The position numbers and the translations under genes were made by a program. From contig NC_087245.1 in the NCBI RefSeq assembly GCF_037042905.1, positions 4,032,001 through 4,092,000 of the forward strand: 60,000 nt of DNA. The letters are read 5' to 3'. This DNA comes from Lytechinus pictus. Taxonomy: Eukaryota. Shown piece by piece: positions 51,913-60,000 of this stretch; the stretch's first letter is position 1, and the number at the start of each line of letters is the position of its first letter. The notes beneath the pieces were generated by a model. It saw only the letters and a program-made list of their open reading frames with translations, searched no databases and had not been told where the DNA came from.

Positions 51913-52502
51913 GAATGAAGAGACAAGTGGTACGCCAATCTGTATATTGTCGAGTGTCCCTCATACAAATGGATGTCTTCTCTCTCTACAATCGCTTTGA
52001 TGATCAGGAGAAGGAGGCTCTGGCATGCTTTGACTTCCTAGAAGAGATGCATGCAAACAATGCTGGTGAGACACACTTCACTGATGACCATCCTTTCTCT
52101 GTGATCAGTCCAGGTGTTAGGAGTGGTAACTCTGATACTTATGATGGCAGCAGTGGGATAAGTGATCACTTTGGTAGTAAGGGTACAATCAAGGATTGTT
52201 TTGATACTAGCCTCATGCAGGCAGGTGATACTACTAGTAGTCTCTTTGGAGATGACCCATCAGATGCTACTCTTGTTGGTGAATCATTCACTTCCAAAGG
52301 TTCTATAGGAGAGAGCTTACATGAGAACAGTGGAGACTTTACTGAGCACTTTGATGGAGATAGTTTCAGCAGCCGACATAGCAACAAGGTCTTTGATGGC
52401 TGCTATGCTATTGGCGACTTCAGCGATCACCTTGGCAACAGGAGCAATCTCTGTTCCAGTATGTCCTCCTCATCAACAGCTAGCTTGTCTTCCCATGAAT
52501 AA
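51913..52502 (+). CDS. NCKAP5: NCKAP5-family terminal coding exon 11 ((G)MKRQVVRQSVYCRVSLIQMDVFSLYNRF...SSHE*)
   Basis: Acceptor tgtttcag|GA completes the phase-1 codon; stop TAA at 52500-52502; AT-rich UTR-like sequence follows. Confidence 0.85.
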
Positions 52503-54845
52503 TATTTAAAATATCTCAGCGTTTTTGCACTTCATAACATTTTGTATCCCCAAACCTGCTTGCCCCAAATTTGAGCCTCCATTTTTATATACCATTTGTA
52601 AGTTTGATAAATACCCCCAAGTTTTACTTTGTCATTTGTGATGTTCTTTTGATAACTTTTTGTAAACTGTATCAAATTTTCAAAATAAATGAAACGTTTG
52701 TTGTCAATGTCTGTTTTTATCAAAGTACCTTCAATTCATTAGTTATCATGTTGCCTGTAAATTGTTAAACTGCTATGTTCATTACAATGTATGTTGAACT
52801 GGAGAGTTCAAATGTTTTCATAATTATTCAGCAAAAATCTTGTCCAAAAATAAGTTACTAAAGGGTCCAAGAATAATTTAAAAAATTTGTTGGCCCTAGT
52901 TTAGGTTACTTATAAAGAATGGATAAATTTTGTTTTTTAAATATGTCAGTGCAACCAGTAAACATCTGATTTTTAACAAATTCAGTTTTTCAAAGTTAAC
53001 CAAATTAAAAGAAGTAAACCATATTTTTTGTTTAAAAATGTTTAAAAACACACAGTTCAAATTTAGCTAAGCCCCAACATTTGACTCTAAGACATATTAT
53101 CTTTAAACCTAGAGATGTCTTATTTTGCTGTATATTTATTGATTACTAATGTCTGAACCACATTATTCCACTACTGAAACCATCATAGAGAATGATTTTC
53201 ATACTATGTACTTAATAAAAGTCATCTCAATTACTTTCTGTATGTGACAACTACCTCATGAATTGTTTCAAAGTGCCACTTGACATTAACAGAATTCAGT
53301 CTTACAAAACAGGAATGGCATCAGGCTTTCATGCTGAACATCTTTTACATTGGTTGCCATTTCAACTTCACACTTAAATCTTATATTTAAAGGGCAATGT
53401 CTGGAGGTAGTTGACATCAAAACATGGCAGTAGAATTTTTTTTTCTTGTTGGTTTTATGTGAACTTTGAAGTGAGTATGTGTTCTAGGATTTGTGCAATA
53501 TTTGTTTAGAGTTTGATGATGTCATCATGATAATCTTCAACCTTATTATGTTTATTCTTTACTTTGTTTGTACTGGCTCTGTTTGTCAAAGTTCTGGACA
53601 CTGTACATGTATCGTGCCTATGATTACGGCAGGTATCTATTAAAGGGTGGTTTGCAGAGATAGATAATTAGGTAAGACATTACAAAAATAATGACTTTAA
53701 TCTTTTGAAGATTACATGATGTTGAATACTAAACAAGGATATCTCTTCAGAAATACCATTTATACAATATGATGTTAGGACTGTAAATGGTGCTTTACTA
53801 AATATAATGTAATTCAGCCAGTGTTTTCTTTTATTCAAAATTAAAAATATGATTGGATATCGAATTGTTATCATCAACTTATGCAAGTATTATTTAATTT
53901 GCGGAATGTAGATAAAATAAAGCTGTAATTGTTGTTAAGACATAGAAGATAATTGCACAGTTTTGATTGTTAGTCAACATAGAATCTCTGCAACACTCTT
54001 GCTTTCTATGCATTAATCCATCTTGGACATGTCTCACTCCTCATATGATTTATAAACCCAATCTATACAAGATAACTCAGGAACATGTATTACTTGTGCC
54101 ATTGGGAAAATGGCGATTTCAGTTCACAGCATTGACTTCAAAACCTTTTTTTTGTTCATCTACTTATTCATATATTACCCTTTAAATATCTACAGGGAAA
54201 ATATTGACAGCAATGCCTTCTCTACTTTACGTTAAGAGAATATGTATTGTTTGGTGCTAAATTCTGCATTTTAATCATAGTATGATATTTATTTAAATAT
54301 TTTTTAATTCAGCTGTTGTTTCAGGATTCATAGAGTGTAATGGGGCGGACTTGTTGGTTCAATTTGAAAAGGCTTGTTAATATTTCGTTATTTATTCTAC
54401 AAAAAAATAAACCTAATCAATAAGATTAGTGTGAAATTAAATTTTCTTTAAGTTAAAGCTAGTGTGGTATTAATGTTTAACATTAAATGTAACTATTACT
54501 TAACTCTGCTTTTTAGAGAAAAGAAATATAAAGAACGGCAGCAGGTGTGTTCAGTTCTGCCTAAATTCTGGAGGGAAAAATAGTAATATTGCAAAGATAC
54601 TTGCATGAAATGCGACCAAGTACGTATTCTTTCTTGGAAACTTACATTTATCAAAATGGATATTATTCTAAAAGAACATACATGATTGCAGATATTGTTT
54701 CTGTGTATAGAAGAGTAAATAGCTGTAAAAAGATAGATAATATATGTGAATCAGCATGTGTATGTATTCATATTTATGTACATTAGATTAAATATTCATT
54801 AATACCACAAGTGGAGTGGGAACTATATTTTCCTTGAATAAAAAA
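52503..54845 (+). other. Probable 3' UTR; end uncertain
   Basis: AT-rich, largely repeat-free sequence after the stop, with several AATAAA hexamers (e.g. 52684, 53214, 53916). Confidence 0.45.
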
Positions 54846-55316
54846 AAATCAAAGAAATTAAAATTGAAATCATGATCTCATGAAAAATAAATAATGGGAA
54901 TACTCTGTTGAACCCCAAATCAGAGATTGTTATGTTTATTTGTTTCTCAATTTACATTGCAATTATCTGCAGTGCAAGACAAATTTGAGTTTGTGATTTT
55001 GATTTCTATTGTGATAATGTCTGAAATAATCATAATTGATGTAAATGACTGACACAATCAATTGTCTATTCATTGATTTCAATTACAATGGTCTTGCTGT
55101 TTTATTCATTGTTTTAGGACTTCATTCATGCATATGTATCGTTTGATTTCATGTTGTGAAAATTCTGAATTTGTTTTTGTAATTGTTGAGATCATGTAGG
55201 CCCGAGAAATGGACCAATTTCACACAAAAATATATTATGAAACAGAGTCACTTGGTGCGACTAATGATTTCCTATACCTCGAGTGATACTGGTGATAAAG
55301 AGGATGTTGATTATAA

Positions 55317-55833
55317 TTGATAGTTGTAATTGTGATATTGTTTGTTTTATGTACAGACGTGATGGTGGTTGTGTTTGTGTCTTTTATGATGATGATCATC
55401 ATCATGATCATCATGATGATCGATGGTAATTATGATGGGAATGATGATTGTGGTAATGATGATGATGATGAAGGTGAAGAAGATGATGATGTTGATGTTG
55501 TTACTGATGATGATGTTGATGATGATGGTGATGGTGATGATGATGTTAATGATGATGATGATGATGGTGGTGATGATAGTGATGTTGATGGTGATGATGG
55601 TGACGATGATGGTGATGATGATGATGATGGTGGTGGTGGTGAAGAAGATGGTGGTGATGATGATGGTGGTGATGATGGTGATAATTATGATGATGGTGTT
55701 GATGATGGTGATGATGATGACGGTGATGATGGTGAGGATGATGATGATGACGATGATGTTGATGATGATGGTGATGATGATGGTGATGGTGATGATGATG
55801 GTGATGGTGATGGTGATGATGGTGATGGTGATG

Positions 55834-55866
<33 letters not shown>

Positions 55867-55935
55867 GCTGTGACAGTGTTGGCAGTTATGATGGTGATAG
55901 TTGTGATAATGAGGGTGATGGTGATGATTATTATT
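55317..55935. repeat. Long (GAT/GGT)n microsatellite, about 600 bp
   Basis: Continuous imperfect trinucleotide array that accounts for the poly-D, poly-M and poly-I ORFs. Confidence 0.95.
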
Positions 55936-56900
55936 GCCAATTATATTTTTTTAGTTATAATGTATATTCAGCTGAAAGTTGCTGTTGATACATGCTTTAT
56001 AAAAATACAATGAACATAGCAAAATTAACAATAAATGATTATTACACGATATTATGGAATATTAGGAAATTCCAATGACATCATTACTGAGAGTGTAAAA
56101 TAATTATGAAAATCAAAACACTGATATGGCAAATATTGATATCAATTCAGACTGTAGAATCAAAGAGCTTCTGTTTGAAACTCCTTGGATGAACGATAAC
56201 GCTTGGGGTTATGAGTAAACTTATCATGAAGTGCAGACTGGTTTATACATTTATATTACATGAATATAATTTAGCTAATAAAATTTTTTTTCATAAATTT
56301 TAATTTTCACTCACTGATAAAAAAAAACCAATGTCGTTGCACTGCTGCTCAGTGTGGCAAAATCGTTCGAATAAAATATCGCCCTCTACATTCAATTTTT
56401 AAAAACTTAATTATTAATAGACTTATTCAAAGCTATTCAATATTCTAAAACCTTCTATTCTAGATCCAGACCCGGAATCCAGATAAATATAACTTTAAAG
56501 TAAGAGCATCTAATGATGTGCAGAAGAGCAGGTGTGTAACTAAGTGAGTTTTAATCATTGTATTTTTAATGCTCCCAATACCAACCAAACTGAACTGGTC
56601 TACAAGTTTACGTTCTCCGAAGAGTCAGAAAGGGGCTCTTTTAAAGAACTACTTAGGAAAATTTGTTCAGTACTATGTTAAAGAAATCCGTCGCAGAACA
56701 ATGTTCATTCTTACACGTATAGGCATATGTCTATAAGAACCATTGAAAAATAACATCAGTTCGAAGTCCAAGGAAATATCAAATCAATAGGCTATCATGA
56801 AAGAAATGTGAATTTTGTAAGAATATTTACGGAAATTTAGTACTGATCAACCGTGATCAACATGGTTGATGCTATCGAAAATATATAAGGCTATATACAT

Positions 56901-57035
56901 GGAAAGTCCGGGGTTCGATTCCCGGCCGGGGCACCTATGTTCGTGAGCAAGGCATTTAATCTACAATGCTCTTTTATCTTGCTTTCAAATAAATGGAAAT
57001 GCTATTTGCATTATTGGTAACTAGGTGTGCACTAA
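56901..57035 (+). mobile_element. 5'-truncated tRNA-derived SINE
   Basis: B box GGGTTCGATTCCC followed by gagcaaggcatttaatctac; A box missing. Confidence 0.65.
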
Positions 57036-58058
57036 TCGAATGATAAGGCCTAAATGTTATGCGACTTTTTTTATAGGCATAATTTTTTGCGGATTTGTGA
57101 TCAAAACTTATATCACAATTTTTTTCATTTCTCCTGCAATGCAACTGATATTTCATTCATCATTGAAATGATCATATCGAATATCTAAACGAGAATTGAT
57201 ATTCTTCGGACTACGGAAAACACTGGATGTACTTTTTCATATTAAGTAAAATATGCAACTCAAATTATTATCAAAAATTACTTTTTTCGATACAATGTAA
57301 ACGCCGAGGTAGTCATGTCCAATAATTTAACGTTTTTTTCAGTCTTTAACACTGGCTTAGACCCTTTGTCTATAATATTCAATAATATTCATAACCACGT
57401 CATACATCGAAAGATTTTATGAAATAGAATTGTTAAATTAACGCCACGACAATAAAAGCAAACCAGATCATATTTCGATTTACCAGCTGTCTAAAGAAAT
57501 CAAACCATAAGCTCAGATCTCTCGGTTTTACGATCGATATTCTCTTGGTTCTATATACACCATACCCTGGGAAGAGAAACGACATGAATAAGCAATGAAT
57601 AGCAGAGGAAAATAGACATTACGTAATTATTGTTACTTCTTTTGTGTTCAAGGATCGCTTTCTTTGATCACTCTAGGCAACAGAAGCTCAGGTAACGAAA
57701 AAGCAAATTTAGCTTTCTTGCTTTGGTGCTTTAATCTCAACTTCAATTGCAATACGGTGCCCTTCTTTATCTTGTTTAAATTAGCTCATACTAAAATAAG
57801 AAAGAAAACTCTCCTAAAAATCTCTACTTCGCATAATGCTTTGGTGAAAATATTCTTGACAGCGGAGCAGTAGCCAACTATTCATCTATTCAGTATATGC
57901 CAATTTACTGAGTATAAGATATGTAAGATAATCAATGATAATATTCGAGTAGTAAATGGGTTAAACTGCCTCGAGTGGATAGCAAGCTAGTGCATATAAT
58001 GTCGTAAGCAAAGTAGATACAGATTTGTACTCCCATTGTAACAGAGAGAGGAGTTTAA

Positions 58059-58467
58059 AGGTAAAGAAAGTAGTTCAAGCAAACAATCATTATTTCATGA
58101 GAAAGTCTTATAAATCAAGGTATAAACATTGTGACCACATTATCATTATATCAAGATCATGTACATTAATGTAAACGTATCTCTGAGAAATCATGAGATT
58201 TTAGCTCAAAACTGACAATTCGGATGATCATTAACACAGAAAGGCATATTGTGGAACAGTATATTAATATTGCCTGGGAAAATGTCAGACATTTGTTTTG
58301 ATGAAATTCCGTGCTTATTTTACTCGTTTCTCAGCAATTACGCATTTTCTTCCAGAGCCATTTGACACACAAAGTCATGTTTTATTTATACATACGGTTA
58401 CCAATACTTGGTGGTAATTTTACTGGATTCTGTTCGAACTCATCGTTACCGCAACTGGTATTTATTT
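58059..58467. mobile_element. Degenerate Kolobok-like non-autonomous element
   Basis: TTAA|AGGTAAAGAAAGTAG ... CAACTGGTATTTATTT|TTAA; internal ctgagaaat / tttctcag inverted motif. Confidence 0.5.
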
Positions 58468-58523
58468 TTAAAACTTGTATCAAACGCAACAAGCAATCAG
58501 AAGCACGCAACTGGAACGTTTGT

Positions 58524-58836
58524 GGAGCGTTGTGGCCCAGTGGATTAGTCTTCTGACTTTGAAACAGAGGGTCGTGGGTTCGAATCCCAGCCATGGCGTA
58601 ATTTCCTTCAGCAAGAAATTCATCCACATTGTGCTGCACTCAACCCAGGTGAGGTGAATGGGTACCTGGCAGGAATTTATTCCTTGAAGTGCGGGTGCGC
58701 TGTAATCTTAGTAATTACTGCTGCCAAGCTACAGCTGGGGTAATAATATCCAAGTCCTTTGGAAGTGCATAGAGACATTATTCATAATGTGATATATGTG
58801 ATATACAAGAACTGTATATTACTATTATTATTATTA
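58524..58836 (+). mobile_element. tRNA-derived SINE (same family as 20671 and 5674; best-preserved copy)
   Basis: A box TGGCCCAGTGG, B box GGTTCGAATCCC, body cactcaacccaggtgaggtgaatgggtacc, (ATT)n tail. Confidence 0.9.
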
Positions 58837-58900
58837 ACTGGGACTCGGTTTCATTTTTTTCTATCTTAGCACTTTCTCCAGTGGCGCCAAGGATAGGTTA

Positions 58901-59202
58901 GGCAGCCGCAATCGCATCCACTGGCCGACGGACACAAAACGCATATTCATAACGGATACAGTAGACAAGCAAAATTTCGAGGCGGCTCCATCCGCTTCAG
59001 ACAAAATATGGACAAAATAGGCGAACAATGAAATCACAGTGGACGGATGCTCGATGGATTAGATATACAGCGTATGAAACACGCACGCATAAAGTACACA
59101 ACGGATACATAACGTTTTCAACGGGTGGCAAGATTCTTTTCCGTTTTAGATCCTCTCTGCATCCGTAAGTGCAGTGCACGGGACCGAGCATTTCACAATG
59201 CC
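58901..59202. mobile_element. Possible Harbinger-like MITE
   Basis: TTA|GGCA ... TGCC|TTA; CpG-rich with repeated ACGGAT motifs; TIR match is weak beyond 4 bp. Confidence 0.45.
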
Positions 59203-60000
59203 TTATAATCACTATTTTCTATTGTTTTGAATCTCCCGTGTGAAGAGAAAAATAATAGGCACACCTGAATGTATTATGGCATTCGTCTGATTGACATTCC
59301 GATTCATTTGTCAATCTGAAAAAAGGGTAAAAATTGTATCCAGACAAAAAAAATGCAAAGTTGAGTTAAGCGATTCAAAAGATTTGCTCGGAAATACTAT
59401 CTGAACGTCTCTTATTCTAGTCGGAACTATAGGTTTCTGTGCATCATCTGATAACATTGTGTTAAATTTTTTTTTTTAATTTCCTTAATTTTGATGTTCC
59501 CATTGCCAAATCATGTCCCATGGGGTTCGAAATTGGTAATTTCGGCAGTCATCTTGGTATAGAACAATTATTTTCATCAAAACAATAAGAAAAATCAAAT
59601 TAATGCGCTTTTCACTATGACTCTGAAAGTAGGAAAGGATTGCAATAGTTTTTTGGACAGTCCGGCCTAGTTTTTTTTTAGAAAAGTTTGAACTATTTAT
59701 GTAAAAATTACATGTATGTTTCACTCCTTCAATTGAAGACCGGGAGTGGAGAGATTTGAAAAGTCTGAGGACGACATGCATGTCGATGTTTTCTATGTTA
59801 GTGAGTCAACGTAAAATTTTCGAGACAGTAACTATCCACATCTAGACTAAAGCACAACCCTCCTAAACGATAATTCAAGAAAGCTATAGATATCACCACA
59901 GTTATCAGTATCAATATAATGTAACCTTCAGGCCAATGGAGAGTTATTTCTCAAAATTCATTCACGAATCTTATTTATACAGTTCTCATTTTTTTTAAGG

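Noticed and set aside
34886..52502. The large ORFs (880, 674 and 195 aa) as separate single-exon genes
   Set aside because: Each begins at a good splice acceptor, and all link in matching phase into one reading frame with the NCKAP5 coiled-coil exons.
55317..56013. ORFs of about 200 aa (poly-Asp, poly-Met, poly-Ile)
   Set aside because: They result from the stop-free (GAT/GGT)n microsatellite; there is no splice or domain support.
56460..57370. Possible further DNA transposon downstream of the gene
   Set aside because: The composition is repeat-like, but I could not match a TIR pair or a target-site duplication.

Overview
AT-rich animal genomic DNA; the repeat families suggest an echinoderm, probably a sea urchin (inference). 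One + strand multi-exon gene spans most of the window: an NCKAP5/NCKAP5L (Nck-associated protein 5 / Cep169)-family gene. I assembled 11 phase-compatible GT-AG coding exons from 739 to the stop at 52502 (6333 nt, about 2110 aa visible; the 5' end lies upstream of the window). They encode the family coiled coil (LLERLRQLESENSALVLENENQRDTYDQCLDE|VANQVVQALLMQK|DLRDECLKL...), long Ser/Lys-rich disordered regions with SxIP motifs, and a short ordered C-terminal segment. The main unexpected observation is three intronic ATG-to-donor mini-exons whose phase matches the next exon (7703-7852, 25503-25586, 44359-44393). They suggest internal promoters and alternative N-termini, one encoding a hydrophobic signal-anchor-like peptide. 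The introns and 3' flank hold tRNA-derived SINEs, a truncated LINE, non-autonomous DNA transposons (Kolobok-, Harbinger-, CACTA/EnSpm-, Tc1- and Helentron-like) and microsatellites. I found no prokaryotic systems, CRISPR arrays, rRNA or true tRNA genes. All family assignments are from memory; no searches were run.
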